From positions 91,232,636 through 91,296,635 of the forward strand of contig JARFYF010000094.1 of NCBI GenBank assembly GCA_030265395.1: DNA of 64,000 nucleotides. Reading direction: 5' to 3'. The position numbers were made by a program, and so were the translations under genes. Below are positions 26,026-39,785 of the stretch, piece by piece. A model generated the notes under the pieces. The model did no database searches, had not been told where the DNA came from, and saw only the letters and a program-made list of their open reading frames with translations. Origin of the DNA: Rhina ancylostomus (Eukaryota). The first letter of the stretch is position 1, and each line of letters starts with the position of its first letter.

Positions 26026-27924
26026 AGAGCAATCAAGGGGCCATCTGGCAGTCCAGGTTAACCACGTGTTTTTTGTGACGATCAAGGCAGAAAGGCCTCC
26101 AGGTTAATTGAAACCATGGGGCAGCAAGAAGTATGCTGTGGGTCTGGCTCTGATGGCAAGCAGCTGGCTGCATGAAGAACAACCCAGCTTTTTAATTGAG
26201 GAATCAATGAGCTCAGCACTCAGAAATAGTAAATAAAATTAACAATTTATTTTCTTGGTTGAACACAGCTTTGTGTTTATTCGGCACAGCTTTGTGGGCC
26301 GAAGGGCCTGAATTGTGTCGTAGCTTTTCTATGTTTCTAACATTGAAGTGTTTTATAAATGGACATCAGAAAAGATTGAACAGAGGGTAAAAGAGAGAAT
26401 AAGGTGCAATGTATGGGATCCCACTCAAGGTTTCCCTAATCCACAGACCCCAAATTAATAACTGTTCTTTGATTGAATGAATAAATAATCCATTATCTCC
26501 ACAACTGTCATCTACACCACTAAATGCATTTGATCAACACAGGTAACTGCCTGGATGTGCAATACAGATAAATGGCTTGACCACACCCCCTCACTACAGG
26601 TTTGTATTAGGAAACAGAACTGTCACCAACATCATATTCTTTAAGTTCCCAAACCTTCTCATCAAGTTTTTGCATTTTCATAGGTTTGATAGAGATTCTA
26701 ATTGCATGGACTTGGAAAATGCAGCAGCAACATACAGGAGGTAGAAATTCCTATTCTAATGTGTTAATGGGTATGGTTATGTAATGCTAATTTCTGGAAA
26801 GGAGAAAATTAGGTGTTGCCAGAGAAATGGAAATCATCTGATGTAGAGTGCAATAAAAGTCAGATGTCAGTCTCTCTTTGTCCAGCTCTCTACCAACCTC
26901 CTCAGATAAACAGGCCAATTATACAATGAATATCACTTAACTTTTGTTTTAAATCTTCTGAGAAACAGAGTGTAACCTGAAGCAGTAAATTCGATGGTCA
27001 AAATCTTAATAAATTAGAAGTCTAAGCACTTTGAGGGAATAACGGGCTTAATGGTTACATCAGTGTAGTGCAAAAGAAAGCACTGCAATGCTATAAATTT
27101 TTCCACAGCCATGCCAAATGGATCTTGAACAATAAGAATCTCATTGAGAATTCAAAGGAGCAAATGTTTGAAACATTGATTAGGTTCCGTTCAGTATCGA
27201 CAGTCCAACTGAAAATCCTCAATTAACAAAATTACATTTTATAGCTATTCCAATTAACACTTTATAAACATTGAGGAACAAGGCATAATCCATATCTGAA
27301 GGAAATTACAATTATGGTTCTTACTACTGGAATAAGTTCTCAAGTTCCAGCTGTAATGAATGAAATAATGGTGCTGTTCTTCCATTAATATTTCAGACCC
27401 AAAAGGATGCGATTGGCAGCTAGCTCAAGGTGAACCATTGATCACATCACCCAAAAATCAAATTTTCCTTTAGGACAGTCAAAAATCATTCTGCTGGCTG
27501 CTACTGATGGGCACATTTTTCCTCTGGGGAAATCACACATCAATTATGTGAACTGCACACTCTCTCTTGCTCTGTGTTCGAGAAAGCAGGCTAGTAATTT
27601 CCCTCTCCTGTATAACACAAATACCTTATAATTAAAAATAGTCATCTTGCACTTTATTGACAGGTACCTTAACCTGAATTGTGTTCGACTGATAGCTGGT
27701 AAACACAATCTGTGCTTCAGTGTACACAAGGCAGAATCCGAGACAGGTTGAAGCACAAATACTGGCCTAACTGACTCTTCACTCCACTGATGGACTCTCC
27801 AGCGACTCGGGAGGGGCTAGGGCTGGATGTAGTTCATATCAACCCATCAGCTTTATGCCAGGAAGGGCTAGCATGTGAATGGCAACCTGAACATTTGAAT
27901 GGGATCTTTAAACCTATGGAAAAA

Positions 27925-28830
27925 GAGCAGGTAAAAACAGAAAACACTGCAAACACTCAGCAGGTCAGGCATAGAGAATGAAAGTTAATGCTTCATGTCA
28001 GAGACCCTTTGTTAGAATTGGGAAAGAGGGAAAATAAGTTAGTTTCAGTTGCAGCGAATGTGGGGGGGGGGGGGGGGAGATGGGTAGAACAAAGGAAATG
28101 TCGCTGAGAACAAATGAATAATTTGGTAGTTGGCGGCAGATTATGCTTAAGTGCTACANNNNNNNNNNNNNNNNNNNNNNNNNNNNNNNNNNNNNNNNNN
28201 NNNNNNNNNNNNNNNNNNNNNNNNNNNNNNNNNNNNNNNNNNNNNNNNNNNNNNNNNNTAGTTGGAGGCAGATTATGCTTCAGTGCTAAACGTTGTTAAT
28301 AGAAGGGGCTGTGGAACATGTTCAGCCAGCCAGGCTGTGCTAGTAGAAAGAAAAACTGAGTCACAAATCATAGATGGATGACAGGCAGAAATGGCCAGTT
28401 CTGATACAAACAGGCAGAAAAAGCAACTTAGAAATTAGCAGATTTCCGAACTCACTGTTTGTATCAGAACAGACTATTTCTGCTCATTGTTCTCTGATTT
28501 TGGCTCAGTTTTTGTCTCTCCACTAGTAGAACCTGGACTGCTGGGCATGTCCCACACCCCTGCTATTAGCAATGTTTAAGACACACAAAGCATAATCTGC
28601 CCCTCACTCCTATACTTACACACTGGACTCACCCTGGAGGTATTCCCTTTATCCTACCCCCCCCTCCCTGCCTTCTCTGCAACCAAAAACTTATTTTCTC
28701 TCTCCCAGCCCTGACCAACGGTCTTACATGAAACATCAACAATTTCTCTTTCCAAAGATGTTACACGACCTACTGAGTGTTTCTGGCATTTTCTGTTTTT
28801 ACTTGAGATTTCCATCATCTGCATTTTTTT
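27925..28830. repeat. ~900 bp imperfect inverted-repeat (foldback) element
   Basis: Arms pair, e.g. ggcagattatgct/agcataatctgcc, aaaaactgag/ctcagttttt, gttctgatacaaacag/ctgtttgtatcagaac. The outer arms are the Penelope-like terminal motif. Confidence 0.8.
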
Positions 28831-29344
28831 CAAATGTATAGACAAATGGTTTCATTCCTTTAGTATTCACTACTTTAATGTGCTTTAAGAAAAAAAACCT
28901 AAATCGATTAAAATTCACTCGGCAAGAACTGAGTATCGAGTACAGGCAATGGGCTGGGTTGAAGACAATCTGGTCATTGTATTTCATCAGGTTCTTTTTT
29001 CTGGCTGTCATAAATGCTTTGTGGGACATCATAATCAAATGATAGCCTTTGATCTGGACCTTATTTGAATAAATCTGAATAAAAGTACCGATGCTCTCCA
29101 ATATACACCCAGTTGTTCCTTTTCAGAGCTATGCAGTTGTTCAATTTATGTCTTTAGAATATGCTTCCACACTAGGTAAAGGAGCCACCATTTTGCTTTC
29201 TCCTTTATACTAACCTCCCTTAATTGTTAATGCAATTGCTTAACAGGTTGCAGAAAAGTGCCAGACATCCCTGTGACCTAAGCATTCAAACAACCTCTGA
29301 CCTGACACAGCCTCGTCATAGTTTTACACACCAAATTTTGTTTA

Positions 29345-29548
<204 letters not shown>

Positions 29549-29999
29549 TCAATTAAACCAGAAAATTTGTGTTTGGATGAGGGGAAGAGAAATTATTCAA
29601 ACAGCCACAAGACATTTCCTAAGCCAGTAAGGCACATATCAATAACTCTCAATATGATCATTGTACAATTATATACTCTATGAACTTAACATTTCCAGAG
29701 GGATGGTTACAAATGCATTTGCAGATCTATCATTTATTCATCACCTTCCATTCTTACTTTCATTAGCACTAACTCCTCATTCTTATATTACTAAACACAA
29801 AATGTTTTCTAACAAGTCCTTTGGGAGATGAGTGCAGCTTGATGACGAATGCTGATATCTCAACAAAATGCAAAGCAAAAAAATTAGAATCAGAATACAG
29901 CCAACCTAATCTGCACCAACCATCAAATGCCCATTTAAACTCATCCTGCACTAATAGCATTTATTCTCTGCATATTCCTATCAACTCGAACCATCACCC

Positions 30000-30827
30000 C
30001 ATAGAACAGCACAGAACAGTGCAACACAGGAACAGGCCCTTCGGCCCGTGCTGCCTGTGCAGACCACGATGTCAAGTTAAACTAATCCTTTCTGCCTGTA
30101 CATGACACATGTCCCTCAATTCCCTCATACTCACGTACCTCAAACACNNNNNNNNNNCACCACAATAGTATTTCTTTTGCCACCACCCCGGCAGCATGTT
30201 ACAGGCACCAACTGTTCCGCACATCTCCTTTCAACTTTTCCCCCTCACCTTAAAGCTTATGCCCTCCAGAATTTGACAACCTCCTTCATAGTCCACTGTA
30301 CCATCAATTTCAGTACCACTCTCAAACTTAATAATTAAGTCACCTACATTCTTATCCAAATTATTAATATATATGACAAACAACAAAGGACCCTGCACTG
30401 ATTCCTGTGGCACACCACTGGGCACAGGCCTCCAATTTGAAAAACATCTGTCCACTAGCACCCTGTCTCCTTCCACCAAGTCAATTTTGTATCCTGTTGA
30501 CCAGCTCACACTGGATCCATATGATCTAACCTTCCAAATCAGCCTACCATGAGGGATCTTGTCAAAGTCCTTGCTAAAGCCCATGTAGATAATGCCTATC
30601 ATCCTGCTCTCTTCAATCCTCTTGGTCACCTCTTTAAAAAACCTCAATTAACTTTGTGAGGCACGATTTCCCAAGCACAAAGCCATGCTGACTATCCCTG
30701 ATCAGTCCTTGCCTTTCCCAATGCAAATAAATCCCATCCCTCAGAATCCCTTGAAATAACTTTCCCACCATCGATGCAAGGCTCAACGACCTGCAGTTTC
30801 CTGGCTTAACCCTGCTGCTCTTCTTAA
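30000..30827 (-). mobile_element. CR1 LINE with internal deletion
   Basis: RT motifs (SQHGFVLGKSCLTKLIE, DFDKIPHGRL, SGVPQESVQGPLLFVIYINNLD) joined directly to the terminal FKVRGK segment and tail. Confidence 0.9.
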
Positions 30828-31667
30828 ATGTCTCCTTTGTTTCCTTCCTCATCTCATCTGAATATATTTCCTCTCGGAATATTAATTTCCCAGACGTGCC
30901 CTATGTTGAGTCACATTTCAGTTACATTATATTCACACATTGTGTTTGCGCCTGCGTTCATCAGCCTTGCTTGTTCCAAACCTGAATTTATCTGCCTTGA
31001 CATCTTTGTCTGGGCTCACCTAATACTGTGTACTTCCTACAACGGCACCATGGAGCACACCCACCTTATTCTTAGCTGGTACCCAAAATGTCAGGCAAAT
31101 TGAAATGTCCCACATATTTTTGTGGGATAGAGATATGAAGGGATATTTGAAAAGGGAATGTGAACGTGAACAAGATAAGGCCATTCACTTGTATCATGGC
31201 ATTGTTGTACGGATTTGTTCATGTTCCCATTCTCCTTCTGGGCCAATTCTCAGTTCGAGTTAGTTATGGCAACCTTGAACAGTCACCTTGTGTTTCATGT
31301 TTTACATAAAGCACCTTGAATACTTGAACAGCATCTTACCTGAATCTTCACTTCCTGAGAAAACAAACCTAGACTCTCCAACCAACCCAGATGTATTAAG
31401 CTAATTATCGGTTGTCAGAATGTTCTGCAGGTCTCCCAGGAGCCGAATCAGAATTTTACATTACATTTACCCACAACACAGATTCCTCAGCTGAGAGAAT
31501 CTATAGTGCATTGCTGTAGCTATCTAGCTTCATGCCCACATATGGGAAATTACTTCAGAGAAAAGAAACAAAGGGAACCAGAGCTAATTGATGAACAATG
31601 GCTTTAATGTGCGCAGCCTGTGAAAATTTAACAGCTTTTTACATTTAAAAAGAGATGTAGAACGTAC

Positions 31668-31837
31668 CTTTTGGCCCTTTAACTAGCTTTATCTCTAAGA
31701 TTTTTTCTGTGACTGGTTTCCTTCTCCGCACGTATAATCTCACAATCGATCCAGCCTCTTTTAAAGCTTCTACTGCTTTGCTGTGTGTTACTTCCCTTAC
31801 ATCTACATCATTTACTCGAAGGATGCAGTCATTCACC
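31668..31837 (-). CDS. dlg1: dlg1 PDZ1 C-terminal / PDZ2 start exon (170 bp)
   Basis: [56 protein letters not shown](G). The [12 protein letters not shown] segment is DLG1-type. TAG acceptor, GTACGT donor, phase 2-1. Confidence 0.97.
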
Positions 31838-32419
31838 CTAGAAGTAAAAAGACAGACACTGAAACAAGCTGCAAGCTGGACAGAATGCAGTCTTCTTTTA
31901 AAAAAGGTTGTAAATAAAACTTTAACAAATGGTTACTCTTGCAAAATGGCTCATGACTCAGTTTTCTTGTGCTAGAAATAAATAATGAAAAGGAAAAAAA
32001 AAGAGGGGTACAGTTAATAGGTGTGGTTGAAAATGAAACAAGGAAACACAGAATATTGAATTGCCATGGAAAAAAGCAGTATTGCAACTAAATTTTTTGT
32101 AGTACTGCACCATTGACAGTGGAACAAGTGTTGGAATTTTAGAAAAACTCACAGGGATTTTTTTGGGGACTCCTTTCAGCTAATTGTGAACATTTCCAAG
32201 ATTTGAACAGCTTTCTATACTTTGCAAGCGTGTTTTGTACAGAAGGCTCAGTGGTAGACAAATCAATACAAATACATTAACATAATTAAAAAACAACTAC
32301 AGGGAATTAAATTGGTATTTGCCAGCAGCATAAAATGGGCTGATTACAAATCATGATTTTTTTGTTTAATGCCATGCTGATATTCCCTGTCCACTGCTGA
32401 AGACCAATTTCAATCATGG

Positions 32420-32980
32420 GTTATGGATGGACAAGTTATTGAAAGTGGCAGGGCAGGCTGAGAAATGTTTAATAAGGTTTTAGCGGAAAAAAAAGTCAGA
32501 CTGAAACTTGAAAAACTGGTCCGACCTCGACTACAGTATTGTGTTCAGTTCATATCGCTTCATTATAGGAAGGATGCAAAGGCATGAGGGAGGTCGAGCA
32601 AAGATTTACAAGAATGGTTCTTGGGATGAAGGATCACAGTTACAAGGACAGATTAGAAAACCCGGGACTCTTAAAAACAATAAAGGATGAGGAGAGATTT
32701 AGTGCAAGTACATAAAATGGAGGAAGATCAGGACAAAGTAGATAATAGGAGGCTGTTCCTGTTGATAGGGGCTCAAGGATTAGAGGCTGCAACTGGAATC
32801 TGGAATGCTTGCCTGCAGATGTGGAGGAGGCAGGTTCCATTGTGGGTTTCAAAAGAAAGTTGGGTCAATATACGAGGAAGAAAAATTGACAAAGCCATGG
32901 AGAAGAGGCCAACAGTTGGATCTAGCAAGTCCTTTGACAGAGATCTGGAGCAGGTAATATAGGCTGAATGGCCATTCCGT
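32420..32980 (+). mobile_element. Degenerate CR1 3' fragment
   Basis: actggtccgacctcgactacagtattgtgttcag (LVRPxLxYCVQ) and an aggctgaatggcc tail. Confidence 0.7.
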
Positions 32981-33058
32981 GATTCAAACTCCCAACTCTT
33001 CCTATGGATGGTAGTTCTTCTATGCTCAAGGAACCCTGTGTATGACGTTATACATGGA

Positions 33059-33142
33059 ACTTAAGTGACTTGATTTTCCTGGTGCAACATAAAAAGCTGG
33101 ACTTAAGTGACTTGATTTTCCTGGTGCAACACAAAAAGCTGG
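33059..33142. repeat. 42 bp tandem duplication
   Basis: acttaagtgacttgattttcctggtgcaaca(t/c)aaaaagctgg twice, one mismatch. Confidence 0.95.
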
Positions 33143-33442
33143 AGCTCAGCAGGCCAGGTAGCATTTATGGAGGGAAATGGAAAGTCAGTGTTTTGGATTG
33201 AGACCCTTCATGTGCATGGAAAATTAGCCAGAATGAAAAGGTGGAGGATACCGGCTTATCTTTCAGTTCCGATATCCGGATATCCTCCAGATATCCGGAG
33301 GATATCTTTCAGTTCCGATGAAGGGTCTTAACCTGAAATGCCGACTGTACATTTCCCTTCATAGATCCTGCCTGACCGACCAAGTTCCTCTGGCGTTTTG
33401 TGCGCTGCTCCAGATTCCAGCATCTGCAGTCTCTTGTGTCTC
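33128..33442. mobile_element. Penelope-like inverted-repeat remnant
   Basis: Arms gctggagctcagcaggccaggtagcat... and ...cctgcctgacc...ccagcatctgcagtctcttgtgtctc; ccgatgaagggtcttaacctgaaa core. Confidence 0.65.
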
Positions 33443-34320
33443 AATTATTCTGGAGTTCAGCTTTGTCACATTGTTATATAGAATTTATGAATCATTGTAG
33501 ATCCTTACTCTGCCATTAAAGTTCAAACTTTAATGAGTATAAATAAAATGAGGATGTTATTCTTCTGGTAAAAGTGGTCAGTTCCACCATTGATGTGTCA
33601 AATATGAAACAGCACACACTTGAAAAGGTGCAGAAGCTAAACAGCTGTCTCCCATCTTGCTCATTTATAACCTGACTCCTATATCCCCAGTCAGTGCATG
33701 AAACAATGATGGATACAATATATTTAATATTGGTATTTGTCATTCATGTGCGTTTAGACTGGATTAGGATAATCACATCATCCAAGGAAACAACCTCAAG
33801 GGAGAAGAAGAAACATTACAAACATTCTATGTATTAACTTGTGATGGAAAACTTTCCAATTGTTATAATTACATTGAGCTGTGATCTTTAGCCATAAGGT
33901 CCCAGAAAGAACACATGAAAACTTTTTCAATATGGAACACCAATGTGAGATGAAATTGGGGCATCTTTGCACTAAATTTAACTATCATCTAAAATCCAGG
34001 GGTAACACCTATACTTGTTCCAAAATTCTGCAAATTGGGAAATAGACATCTCCATTTCAATTGCACAGTAAATCTTTTATAAAATATTGTTACAGATTGC
34101 AGACAGACAGGAATGAGTCCAGAGGGGTAGGTGAGGATTTGAGCAGGAAGCATTGAAGGAGAGTTCATGGAAAGCATTTGTCTTTTGCAATTGTCTCTCT
34201 TTTGTATTTAATCTATTTTTAATGTCTTCAATTAAATCATCCCTCAATTTACTATACTGAAAAGGAACAGAAACTGCCTTCATAATTTAAAGCATTAAAG
34301 CCCACTATAGTTCTGGTGAA

Positions 34321-34525
34321 GACACAAGAGACTGCAGAGGCTGGAATCTGGAACAACAAACAATCTGCCGGATGAACTAGCAGGCCAAGCAGCATCTGTG
34401 GGAGGGAAGGAACTGTCGACGGTTCAGGTCGAAAGTTCTGATGCAGGGTTTCGACCCGAAACTCTGACAGTTCCTTCCCTCCCACAAATATTGCTCAACC
34501 TGCTGAGTTCTTCCAGTGGATTGTA
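34321..34525. mobile_element. Palindromic Penelope-like mini-element with a hammerhead-like core and flanking direct repeat
   Basis: Arms tgtgggagggaaggaactgtc / gacagttccttccctcccaca; core ctgatgcagggtttcgacccgaaac; flanked by gttctggtgaa on both sides. Confidence 0.75.
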
Positions 34526-35561
34526 TATGGTTCTGGTGAATCTGCTCTGCATTCCCACCAAGAATAATATATCCATCCTGATGAGCTGTGCTCAGAGCTG
34601 AACACCACACATCAAATGAGGTCTGATGAAGACTCTATGCAACTAAACCTCAACTTCCACACCCGAATATTCCAGTTCCCTTAAGATGACTATTCCATTA
34701 GCCTTTGCTGTTTTCAGTGCCTTTCCAGATTTTTACTGATGCACACATTGATAGCCAAATCTCTCTGCTTCTCCATAGAACCAGATTCCCAATGTCTGAG
34801 AACATCCAAACTGACATGTCAATCCAACAACGTCAGGATTTGTAGGCAAGAACTTATAGCTATTATGTTTTCCTGCCCCAAGAGGTACAAACCAGATGCT
34901 ATTTGACAATATTCCTACTCATGCAAAAAAATCTCATTCTGTAACAAAACCAACAGATATCGGTGATCCCTCCAGCACTACTCACATTGGTCAGATAGCA
35001 GGTAGTGTTATACACACAAGCAGGTCAAATAATACAATACAAAATATACTGTTCTTGAACCAATGTGTTTTATTGTCCGAGGCCAGAAATAATATATGGA
35101 CAGTGTTTATTTGCTTTTCAGATTCAATTAGTCCTCAAGTTGAAATGTGATTGTGAAGGCTATTTTCAAGTTCATAGTCTGCAGAAATTCATTCTCTGTG
35201 CTGTGATACAGTAATACAAGCCTTCTGGATACTCCTAATAATTAGCCTTTTTGTTTGAAAAAGGAGCATTAAAATTGAAGTGAGGAAATGCATTTGTGCA
35301 GACTCTTTCTGAAAGGTGCAACTCCTGCTGTTGTTGGGAGTTGTTCCATGCTTTTGCACTAATTATGAATTCTAGTGGCTACAGTTACTATCATTAACAT
35401 CTGAAGTTTTCTGTATGCCATAAAGCACAAAGGCTACATCTCAATAACAGCTGGGGAACTGGTGATAACTTTTTTTGTACACCCATTAATGCAATTTCAA
35501 GAACACACTTGACTGAATGAATGTTCGTTTTGCAATCAGCAATGTATCCCAATGAGACTTA

Positions 35562-35771
<210 letters not shown>

Positions 35772-35784
35772 TCATAGTATTTAA

Positions 35785-35980
35785 ATAAAAACAAAATGCT
35801 GGAAGTGCTGAACAAGTCAGGAAGCATCTGTGGAGAGTGAAGCTGCTAAGATTTCAGGTCAATGATGTTTTAATTTGCTAATCAATGCATGGCTCCAAAG
35901 AAAGGCCTTTGACTAAATGCAACAACTTTTCTCTCTACAAAGGCCATCCAACCTGCTGAGTATTTCCAATATTTTCATTA
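35785..35980. mobile_element. Degenerate Penelope-like inverted repeat just upstream of the PDZ1 exon
   Basis: aaaatgctggaagtgctg...gcatctgtggagag pairs imperfectly with ctctctacaaagg...cctgctgagtatttcca. Confidence 0.55.
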
Positions 35981-38900
35981 CTTTGCTAGCAGAAACAGAT
36001 ATGCCACAAAAATTCTAAATTTTTCTGGATTCTAACTAGATCATTGGAAGCATTTAATGAAGTAGATTAATTTTTGAAAGTTCAGAGGATTGAGGGATTT
36101 GGCTATCTGGCACAGATGAGGAGTTGAGCCCTGGAGTAGACCTGCTGTGATCATATCAAATAACAGGGCTGGCTTCAGGAGCCAGATTTTGTGTTCACCA
36201 AAAGGAAAATGCAAGCTAGTATTCTTGACTTAGACAAATTTTATGGTCACAAATGAGAATTCTTACAGAAATATTAAAATACAAACTCAAATAAACTAGA
36301 AATCCCAGTAAAACATCAAATTCCAAGGCATTGTTCTTGCAATCCTGATCTTCAGCAGGACACTTGAGAAGGGAAGTGTGTTGTCTGTACCCAGTGGCAA
36401 ATGCAAAATAGCTTTGATTGCCGGCTGAAAACGAATCATGTTCATGTCTTTGTGTCTCCCCCCAACACCCACCCCTGACCGTTTCATGAAAAATCTTGAT
36501 GCATTTCAGCAACGAATCTGCAAAAATAATTTACACTAAAGTTTCCCTGAGACAATGCATATATTTAAAACATTGTATATTACTTTTCATTAATGGGATT
36601 TGGGTGTCGCTGGCAAGCCCAGCATTTATTATTCATCCTTAAATTTCATCCAATTGGTGGTGGTGATCCTTGGATTTCCAAACATGGTTTGGATGCCTCG
36701 ATGCCTTAAAGCACTAAGTTAAATGAGAATTTAGCCATCTTCCTGAATTACTGCAGTGCATGTGGTGGTGGTATTTAGTAGGCCTTTCAGAATTTGGCCA
36801 GCTTTGTCACTGGTGTGGCTTTCAAGCCAACCCTAGTGAAGAACATCTGAGACCCTACCCAGAGTAAATTCTGTGCCCTTCTCATCCTGAATGTTTATCC
36901 AAAATGTACTGAACATGTTGGAATACTGCTCTTCCTTCTACCAAGGAAGATCAGCAGTAATAAGCAGGAAGCTTCTTTGCTTGTTTGATCTCATGCCATG
37001 AAATGCCACAAGTCTTGATTCAATGTTAGGCATGATTCACTGTTGCCAGTGGAATTGCCTACTGAAGACAACATTAGTTCCTTCGCACGCAACACAGAAT
37101 GTGTTGGGACCTAACCACTGCATTTTACCATCCCACATAACTGAATGTGGATCCAATTTGGCATCTGAGCTGAATATAAAATGAGCCATTTTGTGATGAA
37201 ATTTTTGTCTTCACTTTAGAGTAATTGATCATGTTTGCTTATGGCCAGATGCAAAACAAATAGTGATTTCATTAGTTTGAATTAGTACTTTTATTGACAT
37301 AATGAAATAACTTAACTGCTGTTTTTATGTCAAATATTTGGATTCAGAGTTGGGGCATCTGTTCGCTGATGCTGAGTGTTGCAGGGTAATTAACTGCAGC
37401 ATGACCTCTAATGTTGAATTAACTACTCTTTCTATTGGAGGAGAAAGCTTAATTAGTTCAATTTACCGGATAAAATGGTTAGCCTCCTGAAGGGAAACTT
37501 AAAAATTGATTGCTAATTCTGGTGGAATGACTTATTAAAATATCATGCTAAAGTGCACTTCACATTATATGATTGGCATAGGGAACTGAAATAATAGGAC
37601 AATTTGTCACTAAATGGTGAAATCTACAAGTAGACCAACCGTGTTTTTATTTTGCTGGTAAATTATGGCCCTAGTTGATAAATCTTGATCATCATAGCAA
37701 TGATTTGATTGTCAGCAGCAAAATTATTGAGTAAAATACTTCTTAAAATTACTTCATAATATCAAAAGAACTGTAATGAAAGATGTTGCTCTTCAGACAA
37801 CACAGAATTGTTCTAGCAGCAGTGATAGAAATTAATATAGAAACAAAACTTTCACCCTAACTACAAGAAACATTACTTCAGAAGCCTAGACTAATGATCT
37901 GAAGAACTGAGTTCAAATCCCACTGAAGTCGCAGGAGAATTTAAACCAAATGAAATAATGACATAATTAAATAACTAGAATTATGTAAAAATCTAATATT
38001 GGTCATGGTAACAACTGGATTGTTACTAAAACTCATCTGGTTCTCTGCCATACTTTGGAGAATGAAACCTGTGTCCACCCAGACTGCTCTGTATGTGAGA
38101 CCAGATTCACAGGAATGTTATTGACTCTTAACAGAGCCCTGAAGTGGCTGAACAAGCACTAAGCGATATCAAATCTTTGTCAAAACCAAACATGTAGAAG
38201 GTGGCAAGGCTGCTTTGGCCTTGGCATTAGATTCTGATGCAGCAAATGTGCACCCATCTTGGTTGGTTCTGCAGAGTACCTCCTCTACCTAACTTTTAGA
38301 ACTGTCAAAGAACAGTCTGGCATTGTCGTGCTCATGGAATGGTACATTTCAGCCAACATCCCATATCAATATCTTATACCTTTAGTACATCCTGCTCCAC
38401 CAGGAGATGTTGTATGGTGGTAAGCCTTTTGAAGGGAGTGACCATTATTTTAATTCACTAAACTACTTTTCACAAGGAAAAGACTAATATAGTATCCCAC
38501 CAAGTGGTTTTGCATATGCTTGAAAGGAATTAGAAAAGATCAAGGAAAAAATATCTGCATGAGTGTCAGCTTCTCTGTTGTTAAGCTTATACACTATGAA
38601 ACATTTTCCCCTGAGGTACACAGAATTTTTGAAAGCTTGAGAATATTTAGCAGATTTATAGTTAGAACTGGCTTAAAATAACAGCTTGGATAAAGACAAA
38701 TACTTAGTTCAAATCCTATGACAAATCAGCAAGGATCTCCATCCCCAAAAATTCAGAATGAAATGATTCATACTGAAATAACTCTTACTAGTCAAATAAA
38801 TTTGTCTCAGCATGTGACCGAATATCTGGCAAGGATGACCAGTAAGGTGCAAACCGATAGTACTGCCAATTTGGAGATATAGGAATTTATTTTCTTTCTG

Positions 38901-39539
38901 CCAATGCAGTTAAAAATGACTAATTAATGATCACGGTTAAACAAAAGCAAGGGCATCCTCCAAGTCCTGGAAAAAAGACTTGGTGAATAAGCTAAAACTG
39001 TGCACTATTTCTCACTTTTTTCAGCATCTCATATGAAAAAGAATTTTTCAAGGAAGAAAAAAATATGTGGATTTATCACAGTAGGTAAAATCATACCACT
39101 TGGGTTTCAAAACACCTTAAAGAACATTATAAATATCAATTGTACATCTGCATGATATTTTTTTTTGTTAGGAAAATGGGAAAGGGGCTGTTGAGATACA
39201 AGTCTATTAAATAATTATAGCTGTTGAAAGATTTTCTGGTAATTACAGAATGATTCTACAAGCTCAAAGTGATATCAGTTACTAATCCCCTGGTGCAAAG
39301 GTCACATATCAATTAGAGAAAGCACAACAAAATTCTGCCATCAATCTGTTAACCAAAAGTCAAAGCAGCAGGAGAAAACGGAATCTCCTGTTGCACAAAT
39401 CAAGTGCATAGAACAAATCATTAGTTTCATTTAATATTACATAACATCACAGTAGATTTTATGTATTTCAAATTTTGCTCTTGAATTCTAAATGGTTTTG
39501 CAACTATGACTATTCAAACTTTTCCAAATTTTGTAAGCA

Positions 39540-39785
39540 GACTCATTTCTATCGTTAGGGAGGTGGTATAGGAGCCTGAAGACCCACACTCAATGATTCA
39601 GGACAGCTTCTTCCCCGCTATCATCAGATTTCTGAATGGTCCATGAACCTATGAACACTACTTCATTGTTGCTTCTTTTTGCACTATTTATTTTGTAATT
39701 TATAGTTTTTTGTGTCTTTGCATGGGACTGTAGTGCAAAACAACAAATTTCGCATCATAAGACAATGATAATAAACCAGATTCTG
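39540..39785 (+). mobile_element. Rex1/Babar-like LINE 3' end
   Basis: gacagcttcttccccgcta.catcagatttctgaatgg (SFFPxxIRFLN) followed by a tail gataataaaccagattctga. Confidence 0.7.

Noticed and set aside
28127-28288. Near-identical 30-mers on both sides of a 100-N gap
   Set aside because: Most likely an unmerged contig overlap or two haplotypes rather than a real tandem repeat.
29810-29850. Intronic VIKLHSSPKGLV resembling PDZ EIKLxKGPKGLG
   Set aside because: Only about 12 residues, with no flanking PDZ similarity and no fitting splice sites; probably chance.
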